64,000 bases of DNA from positions 2,208,001-2,272,000 of the forward strand of contig JASGHJ010000001.1 in NCBI GenBank assembly GCA_047602405.1, in the 5' to 3' direction. Source of the DNA: Anaeromyxobacteraceae bacterium. GTDB taxonomy: Bacteria > Myxococcota > Myxococcia > Myxococcales > Anaeromyxobacteraceae. Shown here one piece after another: positions 1-13,046 of the stretch (positions are counted from its first letter, which is position 1; the number at the start of each line of letters is the position of its first letter). The notes under the pieces are model-generated. The model saw only the letters and a list, made by a program, of their open reading frames with translations. It made no database searches and was not told the DNA's origin. The position numbers and the translations under genes are program-made.

Positions 1-438
1 GGGCCCGCGGCGGACGCGCTGGCGCTCCTCGCGGCGTTCCCGGAGACGGTCGGCGGCGCGGCCGGGGAGGAGAACCTGCCCGGGCTGCTCCCGGCGGGGC
101 CGCTGTCCGACCTCGCCCGCGATCTGATGAAAGGTCCGATCCCGCTCGACGAGGTGCTGGATCGGGTGGCGAAGGGAGCGGACGAGGCTACGCTCCGTAG
201 GGTGAGGGGGCTCACCGGGCCGGGACGGCCCGAGGCGTCCCTGGCGGACCGGGAGTTCAGGAAGGCCGCCCTGAAGGCGCACGTGGCGGCGGTGGAGCGG
301 GAGTACGAGAACCTCCTCGCCCTCGTCGCAAAGGCCGGGTCGCCCATCCCGGAGGATCTGGCCGTCTCGGCGCAGATCGCCGCGCGGAAGAAGTCGGACC
401 TGGAGAAGCGCCTGAGGGCGCTGGAGCGGACGGGATGA
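1..438 (+). CDS. dnaG: DNA primase, C-terminal part (5' end outside window)
   Basis: Frame 1 is open from base 1 to TGA at 436-438. It is a helical-looking C-terminus directly upstream of rpoD (conserved dnaG-rpoD order). No catalytic motif is visible, so the call rests on synteny. Confidence 0.65.
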   Translation, partial: GPAADALALLAAFPETVGGAAGEENLPGLLPAGPLSDLARDLMKGPIPLDEVLDRVAKGADEATLRRVRGLTGPGRPEASLADREFRKAALKAHVAAVEREYENLLALVAKAGSPIPEDLAVSAQIAARKKSDLEKRLRALERTG

Positions 439-545
439 ACGGCCGCCTCCGAGGGATTTTCGAAACGTTGGCCGGGCTCGCCCGGCCGAAGCCGGTTAAG
501 GATGGGCCCCAGGGACCCGTCGAGCCGACGAAGGAAGAGGAGCGC

Positions 546-2927
<2,382 letters not shown>

Positions 2928-2934
2928 GAGTACG

Positions 2935-2970
2935 GGGCGGGGGTGCAGGGCGCACCCCCGTCTTTCGTTT
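2935..2970 (+). terminator. Probable intrinsic terminator after rpoD
   Basis: GGCGGGGGTGC-AGGGC-GCACCCCCGTC hairpin followed by TTTCGTTT. Confidence 0.6.
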
Positions 2971-3004
2971 CATGGTAAAGGAGCGCCACCAGATGCCGAC
3001 CCCC

Positions 3005-3077
3005 GGGCCCATAGCTCAACGGTCAGAGCGGTCGGCTCATAACCGATTCGATCCAGGTTCGAATCCTGGTGGGCCCA
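3005..3077 (+). tRNA. ileX: tRNA with CAT anticodon, most likely tRNA-Ile2 (lysidine-modified)
   Basis: Acceptor GGGCCCA/TGGGCCC, D arm AGCTCAACGGTCAGAGC, anticodon arm GTCGG-CTCATAA-CCGAT, T loop GGTTCGAATCC, discriminator A, CCA not encoded. The paired 1:72 position and location after rpoD favour Ile2 over fMet. Confidence 0.9.
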
Positions 3078-3081
3078 CTGT

Positions 3082-3152
3082 GTTTCCGGGAGCGCTCGGC
3101 GCGCCCCCGCCCCGCGGAGCGGAGCTCCTCGGGGCCCCACCCCTGGCAGCAG
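3082..3152 (-). repeat. ~70-bp double-hairpin REP-like element (intergenic copy)
   Basis: Reverse complement CTGCTGCCAGGGGTGGGGCCCCGA..CGGGGCGGGGG..CGCCGAGC..CCCGGAAAC aligns with 30201-30270. Confidence 0.8.
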
Positions 3153-3188
3153 GCCAGGGTGGATTCCCAGGAAGCGAGGAGTCGTACC

Positions 3189-3929
3189 TTGTCGCTGCGT
3201 GAGAAGCTGAAGGCGCTGGAGGAGCTGCAGCAGATCGACCTCGAGCTCGGCGAGGTCCGCGGCCGTCTCGGGACCGTCCCGGCCAGGAAGTCCAAGGTCG
3301 ACGACGGGCTCGCCGCCGCCAGGAAGGGCTACGACGACGAGCGCGCGAAGCTCGACTCGAACGAGCGCGAGCGCCGCCAGATCGAGTCGCTGCTCGGGAT
3401 GGAGCGCGACAAGGTGAAGAAGTGGGAGGGGCGCCTCGGCGAGATCCGCACCCCCCGCGAGTACGCCGCGCTCTCCCGCGAGATCGACATCGCGAAGAAG
3501 TCGAACGACACGCAGAGCGAGCAGGTGAAGACGCTCGCCGCCGCCGCGGTGGAGCTCGCGAAGATGCTCGAGGAGAAGGCCGGCGCCCTCTCGGAGGCCG
3601 AGATGGCCGCCCAGGGCGAGCTCGCCGAGCTCGACAAGGCCCGCGCCGCCGACGAGGAGAAGATCGCCGCCCTCGAGGCGCGCCGCGCCGAGGCCGCGAA
3701 GCTCGTCGACCCGGGCCTGCTCGCGAAGTACGAGAACATCAAGAAGCGCCGCGCGGGCATCGCCGTCGCCACCGTCGTCGGCATGACGTGCAAGGGCTGC
3801 CACCGCAACATCCCGCCCCAGCTCGCCATCTCGCTGCAGCGGGCGAACTCGGTGGAGACCTGCCCGAACTGCAACCGCATCATCTACTCGGCCGAGGCGC
3901 TCAACCCGCCCGCCGCGTCCCCGGCGTAG
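3189..3929 (+). CDS. Coiled-coil protein with C-terminal C4 zinc ribbon (CT398/COG1579-like)
   Basis: Long heptad region, then CKGCH...CPNCNRII. TTG start after GAGGAG. Confidence 0.88.
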   Translation: MSLREKLKALEELQQIDLELGEVRGRLGTVPARKSKVDDGLAAARKGYDDERAKLDSNERERRQIESLLGMERDKVKKWEGRLGEIRTPREYAALSREIDIAKKSNDTQSEQVKTLAAAAVELAKMLEEKAGALSEAEMAAQGELAELDKARAADEEKIAALEARRAEAAKLVDPGLLAKYENIKKRRAGIAVATVVGMTCKGCHRNIPPQLAISLQRANSVETCPNCNRIIYSAEALNPPAASPA

Positions 3930-3931
3930 CC

Positions 3932-4690
3932 GTGGCGAACGTCCTCGCCGAGCTCCTGCGCTTCATCGCCGCGAACGAGGACCTGCCCCGCGCGCTGAAG
4001 CGGTACCCGGGGTACGACCGCGACAAGCTCGCGAAGCTCATCGACGCCGCCGCCGACCGGGTGGAGGAGCTCGAGGCCTCGAAGGCCCCCGCCGCGGGCG
4101 CGGGCTCGAAGGGCATCAAGGTCCGCAAGCAGACCGACGTCGAGAAGGCGGCCGCCCGCTCGGCCGCCGAGATCGACGAGGCCATGGAGTACTCCAAGGC
4201 CGAGCGCGAGCAGCGGAAGAAGGAGCGGCTCCGCGAGGAGGCGAAGGAGCGCGAGGAGGCCGCCGCCGCCGAGGTCGCCGAGCGCGCGAAGCGCACCCGC
4301 CTCTTCACCGACGGGGCCGCGCGCGGCAACCCCGGCCCCGCGGGCGCCGGCGCGGTCATCATCAACGCCGACGGCCACATCGTCGCCAAGGTGGGCAAGT
4401 TCCTCGGCGAGTCGACGAACAACGTCGCCGAGTACATGGGGCTCATCCTGGGCCTCAAGCGCGCGAAGGCGATGGGCATCAAGGAGATCGAGGTCTGCTC
4501 CGACTCCGAGCTCCTCGTGAAGCAGCTCGCCGGCGACTACGCGGTGAAGGCGGACCACCTGAAGCCGCTGCACGAGGAGGCCTCGGGCCTGCTCAAGGGC
4601 TTCGCGTGGGTGGAGGTGCGCCACATCCCGCGCGAGGAGAACGACGCCGCGGACGCGATGTCGAATCGAGCGATCGACGAGCGGCTCTAG
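3932..4690 (+). CDS. rnhA: Ribonuclease HI family protein with N-terminal extension
   Basis: LFTDGAARGNPGPAGAG, TNNVAEY, SDSELLVKQ, HIPREENDAADAMSN. Confidence 0.9.
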   Translation: MANVLAELLRFIAANEDLPRALKRYPGYDRDKLAKLIDAAADRVEELEASKAPAAGAGSKGIKVRKQTDVEKAAARSAAEIDEAMEYSKAEREQRKKERLREEAKEREEAAAAEVAERAKRTRLFTDGAARGNPGPAGAGAVIINADGHIVAKVGKFLGESTNNVAEYMGLILGLKRAKAMGIKEIEVCSDSELLVKQLAGDYAVKADHLKPLHEEASGLLKGFAWVEVRHIPREENDAADAMSNRAIDERL

Positions 4691-4811
4691 CGGCCTACGC
4701 TCGGGATGGGTCGGTCGTGCGGTCCCGAGGACCCACCCCGAGGAGCGGGTCGCGGCGACCGTCACTTCCTCCGGGGCTGACGCTCCGTCCCCCGTCTGGT
4801 AGGCCTTTCAG

Positions 4812-6476
4812 GTGCTCGATGCGCTCCCGCGCCCGGAGGCCCCGTCCTCCGGCATCGCCGGCTCGATCGCGGCGCGCACGCGGCGCGCGAACCTCGTCAC
4901 GCTCGGGCGCGCCACCGGCATCGCCGCCCTCGTCTACGCCCCCGTCACCTTCCTCATCGGCGACCGGGTCGGCGCGGTGGCCACGCTCTTCGCGGCCGCC
5001 ATGCTGTTCTCGGTGGCCTTCGCCGCGGCGCGCGAACGGGAGCGGCTCGCCGAGGCGCTGCTCATGGTGGGCACCTTCGCGGGCGTCGTGGCCGACGTCG
5101 CGCTCGGCGGGGCGTACGGCACCGGCGTGTTCTTCGTGCTCACGCCGGTGCTCATCGGCGCGGCCACCCTCCACCCCCGGGCGGTCATCGCGACGGCGGT
5201 CGTCGCGGCGCTGACCGTCGGCTTCCTCTCGTTCATGGGCCCGCCCCGGGTCGAGCTCGAGCGCCTCGACGTCCTCACCTCGGCGCTCGCGCTGCTCGTC
5301 ATCGCGGCGGGGGTCGCGCTCGTGCAGTCGCACGGCTGGGTGCGGACCCTCGAGACCCTGAACCTGCGCGACGAGGGCATGCGCACCGCCGACGCGCGCT
5401 ACCGGCTGGTGGCCGAGGGCACGAGCGATCTCATCGCGCTCCTCGACCCGGGCAGCCTCGAGGTGCTCTACGCGAGCCCCTCGCACGAGCGCACCCTGGG
5501 GCTGCCGCCCGGCTCGCCGGGGCGCGAGGCCGCGCGGGAGGTCGTGCACCCCGACGACCGCGCCACGCTCGCGGGGCTCGTGGGGCGCGCCGCCGCGCAG
5601 GGCGCCTCCCGCGGCATCGTCCGCCTCCGGCACGCCGAGGGCCGCGACCTCACCTTCGAGATGGCGCTCGACGCGATCGAGCACGACGGCAAGCGCGCGG
5701 TCGCCCTCGTCGCCCGCGACGTCACCGCCCAGCGGGCGCTCCAGGACCAGCTCGCCCAGGCGCAGAAGATGGAGATCGTCGGCCGGATGGCGGGCGGCAT
5801 CGCGCACGACTTCAACAACCTCCTCACGGTCGCGCGCAGCACCGCCGAGTTCGCCCGCAGCGGGCTCGCCCCGGACCACCCTTCGCGCCGCGAGCTCGAC
5901 GACCTCATCGACGCCACCGTCCGCGGCGCCGGCCTCACCCGCCAGCTCCTCCAGCTCGCGCGCAAGGAGCCGGTGGACCGGCTCGCCCGCTGCAAGGTCG
6001 AGAAGGTGCTCTCCGACCTGCAGCGGCTCCTGCCGCGTCTCCTCGGCCAGAAGATCTCGTACGAGGCGCACACCGAGCTCGGGCTCGGCGAGGTGGTGGG
6101 GCAGGCGGTGCAGGTCGAGCAGGTGGTGCTCAACCTCGCCCTCAACGCCCGCGACGCGATGCCGACGGGCGGCAAGCTCGTGGTGCGCGCCTTCCGCATC
6201 CCGGCCGACGACCGCGGCGTGCCCTCCCGTGTCGCCATCGAGGTGCGCGACACCGGCACCGGCATGCCGCCGGAGGTGGTCTCGCGCCTGTTCGAGCCGT
6301 TCTTCACCACGAAGCCGCCGGGCGTGGGGAACGGCCTCGGCCTCGCGACCTCGCGCAGCATCGTGGAGGGGCTGGGCGGGGAGCTCAGGGTCTGGACCGA
6401 GCCCGGGCGCGGCACCGCGTTCACGCTCGAGCTGCCCGAGGCGGGCGGGCGGCCGCCGGAGCCGCCGGCGACCTAG
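4812..6476 (+). CDS. Membrane PAS-domain sensor histidine kinase
   Basis: Several TM segments, PAS (YASPS..VHPDD), H-box AGGIAHDFNNLL, N-box LNLALNARDAM, DTGTGM, FEPFFTTK, GLGL. Confidence 0.9.
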   Translation: MLDALPRPEAPSSGIAGSIAARTRRANLVTLGRATGIAALVYAPVTFLIGDRVGAVATLFAAAMLFSVAFAAARERERLAEALLMVGTFAGVVADVALGGAYGTGVFFVLTPVLIGAATLHPRAVIATAVVAALTVGFLSFMGPPRVELERLDVLTSALALLVIAAGVALVQSHGWVRTLETLNLRDEGMRTADARYRLVAEGTSDLIALLDPGSLEVLYASPSHERTLGLPPGSPGREAAREVVHPDDRATLAGLVGRAAAQGASRGIVRLRHAEGRDLTFEMALDAIEHDGKRAVALVARDVTAQRALQDQLAQAQKMEIVGRMAGGIAHDFNNLLTVARSTAEFARSGLAPDHPSRRELDDLIDATVRGAGLTRQLLQLARKEPVDRLARCKVEKVLSDLQRLLPRLLGQKISYEAHTELGLGEVVGQAVQVEQVVLNLALNARDAMPTGGKLVVRAFRIPADDRGVPSRVAIEVRDTGTGMPPEVVSRLFEPFFTTKPPGVGNGLGLATSRSIVEGLGGELRVWTEPGRGTAFTLELPEAGGRPPEPPAT

Positions 6477-6511
6477 ACGCTTGCGTCGAGGGGCGGGCAC
6501 CCCTCCGGCGA

Positions 6512-7057
6512 CTACAGCGCCGTCTCGTGCTTCGCGGCGTCGCGGATCTCGGCGAGGCGCTGCGCCTTCAGCTTCTTCATCCGGCGCTTGATGAGCTCGC
6601 GCTTCAGGCTCGAGAGGTGGTCGACGAACATCGTGCCGTCGAGGTGGTCGGTCTCGTGCTGCACGGCGATCGCGAGGAGGCCGTCGCAGTCGAGCTCGAA
6701 CGGCTTGCCGTGGTAGTCGAGCGCGCGCACGCGCACCTTCGCGGCCCGCTCGACCTCCTCGGCCTCGCCCGGGATGGAGAGGCAGCCCTCCGTCCACGTG
6801 GCGACGCCCTCCTTCGCGACGATCTCGGGGTTCACGAGGTGGATGAGCCGCTGGCCCTCCTGCCGCGGGGAGGTGTCGATGACGACGATGCGCTTCAGCT
6901 CCGCGATCTGCGGGGCGGCGAGGCCCACGCCGTCGGCGGCGTACATGGTCTCGGCCATGTCGTCGAGCAGGCGGCGGACGGCGTCGTCGACCACGTCGAC
7001 GGGCTTCGCCTTCTGCGTGAGGATGGGATCGGGCCAGACGACGATTTCGCGGACCAT
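6512..7057 (-). CDS. def: Peptide deformylase
   Basis: GVGLAAPQ, EGCLS, QHETDHLDG. Confidence 0.96.
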   Translation of the reverse strand: MVREIVVWPDPILTQKAKPVDVVDDAVRRLLDDMAETMYAADGVGLAAPQIAELKRIVVIDTSPRQEGQRLIHLVNPEIVAKEGVATWTEGCLSIPGEAEEVERAAKVRVRALDYHGKPFELDCDGLLAIAVQHETDHLDGTMFVDHLSSLKRELIKRRMKKLKAQRLAEIRDAAKHETAL

Positions 7058-7137
7058 GGCGCTAGCGGACTCCTCCGGTCCTCTATGTAACCGAAACGGG
7101 CCGGGCGCGCACGCCCCCGTCCGGAGGCGGCGCGGGA

Positions 7138-9999
7138 CTACTCCCCCAGGCCCTTCAGATACTCCTCGCGGAGGCGCTCGTCGGCGAGCACCTCGCGGGC
7201 GTCGGCCACCACCCGGAGGATCTCCTCGAGGCGGGCCGGGAGCCCCTCCTCCCGGACCCCGGCGAACCGGCCCGGCGCGAACTCGGCCGCGAGGCGGTCG
7301 GCGGCTTCCCGGACCTCGTGCGGGGTGCACAGGCGGCCCACGCCGAGGATCGTGAAGTAGTCGGCCCGCCGGGCCTGGTCGAGCTTGTCGCCGACCCGGG
7401 CGAGGTCGATGGCGGCCGCGCCGAGGCTGGCCGCCCGCCCGGCGCCGAGGATCCGGATCGAGAGGGAGCCCACGAGCACCAGGGCGGCGAGGACCTGGCG
7501 CGTGGAGAGGGGGTCGAGGGGGCTCGCGGTCTCGATCTCGTCGAGCGTGCGCAGGCCGTCGGCGAGCGCGACCGCCCTGCGCTCCTCCGGGGAGAGGGCG
7601 AGCTCGGCGGCGGTCGGCCCCGCGGCCGGAGTCAGGAGCGTGGCCGCCCCCCCGAGCACGGCGTCGACGCGGGCGGAGAGCCACCGGCGCCGCACGCCCT
7701 CGATGGAGAGCGCGAGGGTGGACCGGTCGAGGCCGACGCGCTCCTCGGGGGGCACGTCGGCGCCGACCCAGCGGAAGCGTGCGCTCTCGTCGGCGAAGAG
7801 GCCGAAGACGATCTCCTCGGCCCGCCGGCGCACGAGGCTCGTGAGCTCGTTCGCCTTCAGGTAGCCACGCTCGAGCAGGAGCAGCGCCGCCCGGCGGGCG
7901 GGCAGCGCGGCGGCCGAGGGGCCGATCTGCCGGTACTGGTCGCGGGTGACGAGGCCGATGCGGAGCGCGAGCTCCTCGAGCCGCTCGGACGGCTCGGCGC
8001 TCGTGGCGCCCACGATCCGGCCGTCCTCGAAGTGGAGCGAGCGCGCGGCGGCGCCCTGGAAGTCGAGCCGGCCCGTGAGGCGGGCCTTCCACGCGAGCGC
8101 GAGGAGGCGCGGCGCGGGGACGTCCACGAGCGCCCCGCTGCGCAGATCGGGTGGCGGGAGCGCCGGGGGCGGCGGCGCGGCCGCGGGATCGGCGGCGGGG
8201 CCCTCCGCGCGCGCGAGGGCCCGCAGGCGCGCCTCCTCCTCGAGGGGGTCGGGCGGCGGCGGCATCGGGATCGCGGGCTCGGGGAACGCGAACGCCGGGG
8301 CGGGTCCGGCGGGCGGCGCGGCGGCGCGCTTCGCGGCCTCTCCGGTGAGGCGCGCGAGCTCCGCCTCGACCTCGGCGCGGCGGCGCGCCTCCTCCTCGTT
8401 CCGGCGGCGGAGCGCGTCCATGTCGGCGCGGGCGCTCTCGATGGCGCGGCGGAGCTCCTCCTCCTGCTCCTCGCGGCGCCGCATCTCCTCGGCGGCGCGC
8501 GACTGGGCCTGCTCCTCCGCGAGGCGCGAGAGCTCCTCGGCGGCGTCGGTGGTCGCGGCGGCGCGCTGGCGCTCCTCGGCGACGCGGTCGTCCGCCGAGC
8601 GCCGCTCGAGCTCCATCTGCTGGCGCAGCCGCTCGAGCTCCTCCTCGAGCCGCTGGCGGGCGTCGGCCTCGGCCTGCGCACGCGCCTCGGCGTCCCGGGC
8701 GCGGCGGGCCTCCTCCTCGGCGGCGGCGCCCTTGTGGCGCGCCTCCTCGGCGGCGCGCAGGGCCTCCTGCCGGACGGCCTCCGTCTCCTCGGCGGCGCGC
8801 GCGGCGGCCTCCCGGGCGGCGCGTGCGGCGGCCTCGTGGGCGGCGCGTGCCTCGGCCTCGCGGCGCGCCTCCTCGGCGGCGGCCATCGCCACGGCCTCGA
8901 GCTGGGCGGCCTGCGCCGCCTGGGCCTCGAGCGCGGCCTGCGCCTCGGCGGCGAGCCGGGCCGCCTCGGCCTGGGCGGCGCGCGCCTCCTGGGCGGCCTG
9001 GGCCGCCGCGGCCTCCTGCGCGACGAGCCTCGCGGCGTGCTCCTGCGCGGCCCGCTCGGCCTGGGCGTCGAGCGCCTGGTGCGCCGCCGAGCGGCTGCGC
9101 GGCGTGAGCGAGGGCCCCTCCGGCATCGCCTGGTGGATCGCCTCGAGGTCGGTGCCGAGCTCGGCGGCGAAGTCGGAGATGGGCCGCTCCTCGGGGCGCT
9201 CGAGCAGGGCGTCGAGCTCGTCGTCGACGACCTCCTCCGGGATCGGGCTCGGCGCGCGCGGCGGCGGCGTCGCGCGCCGGAGCTCCTCCGCGCGGGCCCG
9301 CAGCGCCTGGGCGGCGGCCTTGCGGTCCGGCCCGCCGGGCCGCGGCGTGGCCTCGCGGGTCGGCGCCACCGGCTCGAGCGCGGCGGTCACCTCGACGGAG
9401 AGGACCGGACGCGGGTCGGCCGCGGGCGCGTCGTGGCGGGGCACCGGCGAGGCCCGGGGCGGCGCGGCGGGCGGCGGGTAGAGGTCGGTCTGTCGGCGCC
9501 GCAGGTTGCCTGGCGCGGCGGGAGCCGCGGGCGCGTCGGGCGGCGGCGGGATGATCGCCTTCGGCCGCGAGATGCGGCCGACGGGCTGCGCCTTCGCGGC
9601 GTTCGCCTTCTCCGGCGGAGGGGGCGGGGGCGGAGGCGAAGGCGGCTCGGCGGGCCGGGCCGAGGCGAGCGTGCGCGCGACCTCCTCGGCGAGCTGCGTC
9701 GGGTCGACGGGCCGCGGGAGGATCGGGGCGCCCGGGGGCGAGCCTGGCGCCTCGCCGAGCACGATGACCCGCAGCTCGGTGCCGGCGTCGCCGCTCGCGA
9801 GCTTGTTCGCGAGCGCGAGGGCCTCCCCGTTCTCGCAGGTCGAGCCGACGATGACGAGGTCGGGCGGGAGCTGGTTCACCGCGGCCATGGCGTCGGACGC
9901 GTTCGTCGCGAGGACAGGCTGGTGCCCCGAGCGCGCGAGCACGCGCTTGACCGCCGAGATCTCGGCGATGTCGTCGTCGACCAGGAGGATCCGAGGCAC
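7138..9999 (-). CDS. Receiver-like domain + Pro-rich linker + coiled coil + DUF4388-like domain + degenerate J-like domain
   Basis: ILLVDDD N-terminus, Ala/Glu/Arg coiled coil, [23 protein letters not shown]-terminal DYFTILGV lacking HPD. Start uncertain (GTG 9999 or 10026). Confidence 0.75.
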   Translation of the reverse strand: MPRILLVDDDIAEISAVKRVLARSGHQPVLATNASDAMAAVNQLPPDLVIVGSTCENGEALALANKLASGDAGTELRVIVLGEAPGSPPGAPILPRPVDPTQLAEEVARTLASARPAEPPSPPPPPPPPEKANAAKAQPVGRISRPKAIIPPPPDAPAAPAAPGNLRRRQTDLYPPPAAPPRASPVPRHDAPAADPRPVLSVEVTAALEPVAPTREATPRPGGPDRKAAAQALRARAEELRRATPPPRAPSPIPEEVVDDELDALLERPEERPISDFAAELGTDLEAIHQAMPEGPSLTPRSRSAAHQALDAQAERAAQEHAARLVAQEAAAAQAAQEARAAQAEAARLAAEAQAALEAQAAQAAQLEAVAMAAAEEARREAEARAAHEAAARAAREAAARAAEETEAVRQEALRAAEEARHKGAAAEEEARRARDAEARAQAEADARQRLEEELERLRQQMELERRSADDRVAEERQRAAATTDAAEELSRLAEEQAQSRAAEEMRRREEQEEELRRAIESARADMDALRRRNEEEARRRAEVEAELARLTGEAAKRAAAPPAGPAPAFAFPEPAIPMPPPPDPLEEEARLRALARAEGPAADPAAAPPPPALPPPDLRSGALVDVPAPRLLALAWKARLTGRLDFQGAAARSLHFEDGRIVGATSAEPSERLEELALRIGLVTRDQYRQIGPSAAALPARRAALLLLERGYLKANELTSLVRRRAEEIVFGLFADESARFRWVGADVPPEERVGLDRSTLALSIEGVRRRWLSARVDAVLGGAATLLTPAAGPTAAELALSPEERRAVALADGLRTLDEIETASPLDPLSTRQVLAALVLVGSLSIRILGAGRAASLGAAAIDLARVGDKLDQARRADYFTILGVGRLCTPHEVREAADRLAAEFAPGRFAGVREEGLPARLEEILRVVADAREVLADERLREEYLKGLGE

Positions 10000-10110
10000 G
10001 CCGGCCGGATTATGGATCGCCCCCACCGGGGGACCAAGCGCGCGACCCGGGCATGGGGCGGCGGCCGATACGAGGGGCCCGCCGCGCGTCCTCGACCTCC
10101 GGCGGCGGCG

Positions 10111-10821
10111 CTATCGGCCGGAACCGGCGGCCCGGGCCCGGGCGGCCTCGACGAGCCCGAGGACGAGCGGGTGGGTCGGCGCGCCCAGGAGCGCCCCGAT
10201 CTGCGGCTGGAAGAGGGTGGCCTGGAAGAACGGGTGCCGGGGCAGCTCGAACCCCTCGACGCCGGCGTCCTCGGCGCGGGCGGTGATCACCACCCCGGCC
10301 GCCTCGAGGCGGGGCACGTGGCCCTCCGCAAGCCCGAAGCTGCAGAAGTGCGTCCCCGGGAACGGGGACGTGCCGACGAGCGCGGCGAACCGGGTGCCGG
10401 GGATCGGGTGGACGGTCCGGACCTGGGCGAAGAGCGAGCAGGCGAGCCGCTCGATCACGGGCGCCGGGGCGTCGGGCGAGACCTCGGCGTGGGCGGCGTC
10501 CGGGAGACCGGCCAGGTTCCGGGCGAGCTCGAGCGCGGCGTACTGGAGCCCACCGCAGGTCGCGAGGAGCGGCACGCCGTCCTCGCGCGCGCGCCGGAGG
10601 ACCTCCAGCACGGCGGCGTCGTCGCGGTACGGCGAGCCGGGAGCGATCCACACACCGTGAACACCGCCGAGGTCGCGCGAGGCGGGGTCGTCGCTCGCGC
10701 ACCAGCCCGCCTCGACGCCGGCCGGCAGGCGGGAGAGGGTGGCGTCGAGCTCGCGGTGGCTCTGGAAGGCGGGGTTCCGGTCGCCGACGACGCGGAGGCG
10801 GACGGGCGCAGGGGAGGGCAT
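10111..10821 (-). CDS. Stand-alone CTP synthase glutamine amidotransferase-like protein
   Basis: GVWIAPGSPY, LLATCGGLQ (nucleophile Cys), HPFFQATLFQPQ. Confidence 0.82.
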   Translation of the reverse strand: MPSPAPVRLRVVGDRNPAFQSHRELDATLSRLPAGVEAGWCASDDPASRDLGGVHGVWIAPGSPYRDDAAVLEVLRRAREDGVPLLATCGGLQYAALELARNLAGLPDAAHAEVSPDAPAPVIERLACSLFAQVRTVHPIPGTRFAALVGTSPFPGTHFCSFGLAEGHVPRLEAAGVVITARAEDAGVEGFELPRHPFFQATLFQPQIGALLGAPTHPLVLGLVEAARARAAGSGR

Positions 10822-10829
10822 CGGCCGCG

Positions 10830-13046
10830 CTATAGCAGCGCGTGCGGGTCCATGTCGAACCGCACCGAGGCCCCACCCGGGGGGCGGTGCGCGACCTTCG
10901 CGAGCGCGCCGTGCACGCGGAAGAGCGCCGGGGCCGCGGTCGCGCGGAACAGCACCTGCCAGCGGGTCCGGCCGCGGATCCGCTCGATCGGCGCGGGCGC
11001 GGGGCCGAGCATGGAGAGCTCGCGCGAGAGGAGCGGACGGGCGGCGTGGGCGATCGCCTCGGCGGCGCGGCGCGCACTCTCCTCGGAGCCCTCGACGCGG
11101 ACCGCCATGAGCCGCGTGAACGGCGGGAAGCCGAACTTCCTGCGGTTCTCGAGCTCGTGCGCGGCGAAGGCGGCGAAGTCGTGCGCGGCCGCGCAGGAGA
11201 CCGCCGGCGTCGCCGGGTGGAAGGTCTGCACGAGGACGCGGCCCGCGTCGCCGCCGCGGCCGGCCCGGCCCGCGACCTGGGTGAGGAGCTGGAAGGTGCG
11301 CTCCGCGGCGCGGAAGTCCGGCAGCGCGAGCGCGGTGTCCGCGAGGATCACGCCGACGAGCGTGACGCCGGGGAAGTCGTGCCCCTTCGTGACCATCTGC
11401 GTGCCCACGAGCACGTCGAGCTCGCGGCGGGCGAAGCGGGCGAGGAGCGCGGCGGTGTCGTCGGCGGAGGTGACCGCGTCGCGGTCGAGGCGCGCGACGC
11501 GCGCGCGGGGGAGGAGCGCGCGCACGGCCTCCTCGACCTGCTCGGTGCCGACGCCCACGCCGCGGCGGACGCCGCCGCAGGCCGGGCAGGCGACGCTCAT
11601 CCGCTCGGTGTGGCCGCAGGTGTGGCAGACGAGGACGCCGCGGCGGGCGTGGTGGGTGAGGGAGACCGAGCACTCGGTGCAGCGGGCCTCCTCGCCGCAC
11701 AGCTCGCAGACGACGAGCGTCTCGTAGCCGCGCCGGTTGAGGAAGACGATCGACTGCTGGCCGGCCTCGAGCGTGGCGGTGAGCGCGTCGGCGAGCTCCG
11801 GGGAGACGAGCCCGGGCCCGAGCGGCTGCCCCTTCGCGCGGCGAAGGCGGGTGAGATCGACGAGGCGGACCTCGGGGAGCGGGCGGTCGTCGACGCGGGC
11901 CGGCAGCTCGAGCTTCCGGTAGCGGCCGCGGGCGGCGTTCTCGAGGGACTCGAGGGAGGGCGTCGCCGAGCCGAGGAGGACCACCGCGTCCTCGACGCGC
12001 CCGCGGACCACCGCGAGGTCGCGGGCGTGGTAGGCGGGGCCGTCGTCCTGCTTGAAGGAGCCGTCGTGCTCCTCGTCGACCACGATGACCGCGAGGTCGC
12101 GCACCGGCGCGAAGATGGCGCTGCGCACGCCGACGCAGATGCGGGCGTCGCCGCGGCGCAGGCGGGTCCACTCCGCGTGACGCTCGGCCTGGGAGAGCCC
12201 GGAGTGCACGAGGGCGACGTCGTCGCCGAAGCGCGCGCGAAAGCGGCCGGAGAGCTGCGGGGTGAGGGCGATCTCCGGCACGAGCACCAGCGCGCCCTTG
12301 CCGAGCGCGCGCGCCGCCGCGATGAGGCGCAGGTAGACCTCGGTCTTGCCCGAGCCGGTGACGCCGTGGAGGAGGAACGTCGCGAAGCGGCCGAGCGCGG
12401 GCTCGAGCTCCTTTAGGACCGCCGCCTGGTGCGGCGTGAGGGCGGGGGCCCTGGCGGCGCCGCCGTCGGCGAGGACGCCGGCGCGCGCGACCGGGACCTC
12501 GCGGTCGAGGACGACGAGCCCCTTCTTCGCGAGGCCGGAGAGGGTGGCGCGGCCCTTCGGGAAGGCGGTGCGGAGCTCCTCGACGGGGATGCGGCCGCGG
12601 GCGAGGAGGTACTCGAGGACCGCGCGGCGGGCGGGGGCGCGGGCGAGCTGCTTCACGGCCTCCGCCGCCCCCTCGGCCGGCGCCGCGTACTCGACCCCCC
12701 GCCGCTCCGGCCCCGTCTCGCCGCCCCGGGCGTTGAGCCCCGGCGGCAGCGCGGCGCGAAGGAGCTCTCCCGGCGGCACGAGGTAGTACTCCTCGGCCCA
12801 GCGGATGAGCTCGACGAGCTTCGGGGTGAACGGGGGCTCCTTGTCCAGGACCTCCGCGACGTCGCGGAGCTCGAACCCCTGGGGCGCCTGGGTCGGGAAC
12901 CCCACCACGTACCCCGTCGCCCGCCGGCTCCGGCCGAACGGCACCGCCACGCGCTGCCCCAGGGTGACCTCGCCGGCGAGGTCGGACGGGACGCGGTAGG
13001 TGAAGGTGCCGCGGACCGCGGCGGCGACGGCGACCTCGACGAGCAC
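10830..13046 (-). CDS. priA: Primosomal protein N' (replication restart helicase)
   Basis: LHGVTGSGKTEVY, VDEEHD, SATPS, LNRRGY, four CxxC pairs, GTQMVTKGHDFP, QVAGRAGR. Confidence 0.96.
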   Translation of the reverse strand: MLVEVAVAAAVRGTFTYRVPSDLAGEVTLGQRVAVPFGRSRRATGYVVGFPTQAPQGFELRDVAEVLDKEPPFTPKLVELIRWAEEYYLVPPGELLRAALPPGLNARGGETGPERRGVEYAAPAEGAAEAVKQLARAPARRAVLEYLLARGRIPVEELRTAFPKGRATLSGLAKKGLVVLDREVPVARAGVLADGGAARAPALTPHQAAVLKELEPALGRFATFLLHGVTGSGKTEVYLRLIAAARALGKGALVLVPEIALTPQLSGRFRARFGDDVALVHSGLSQAERHAEWTRLRRGDARICVGVRSAIFAPVRDLAVIVVDEEHDGSFKQDDGPAYHARDLAVVRGRVEDAVVLLGSATPSLESLENAARGRYRKLELPARVDDRPLPEVRLVDLTRLRRAKGQPLGPGLVSPELADALTATLEAGQQSIVFLNRRGYETLVVCELCGEEARCTECSVSLTHHARRGVLVCHTCGHTERMSVACPACGGVRRGVGVGTEQVEEAVRALLPRARVARLDRDAVTSADDTAALLARFARRELDVLVGTQMVTKGHDFPGVTLVGVILADTALALPDFRAAERTFQLLTQVAGRAGRGGDAGRVLVQTFHPATPAVSCAAAHDFAAFAAHELENRRKFGFPPFTRLMAVRVEGSEESARRAAEAIAHAARPLLSRELSMLGPAPAPIERIRGRTRWQVLFRATAAPALFRVHGALAKVAHRPPGGASVRFDMDPHALL

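Noticed and set aside
3005..3077. Calling the CAT tRNA initiator Met, or treating it as an integration site
   Set aside because: It lacks the C1:A72 mismatch and the GGG/CCC anticodon stem of fMet. No integrase or duplicated tRNA 3' end was seen in the window.
4691..4811. Possible RNase P RNA after the zinc-ribbon and RNase HI genes
   Set aside because: Only ~120 bp long and lacks the GAGGAAAGTCC core; only generic GC hairpins are present.
7318..11727. Very long alternative-frame and antisense ORFs (e.g. 7318-11727, 20739-26348, 49573-55038, 49644-56303)
   Set aside because: Shadow ORFs caused by stop-codon scarcity at high GC; they overlap well-supported genes and have Arg/Pro/Gly-rich, motif-less translations.
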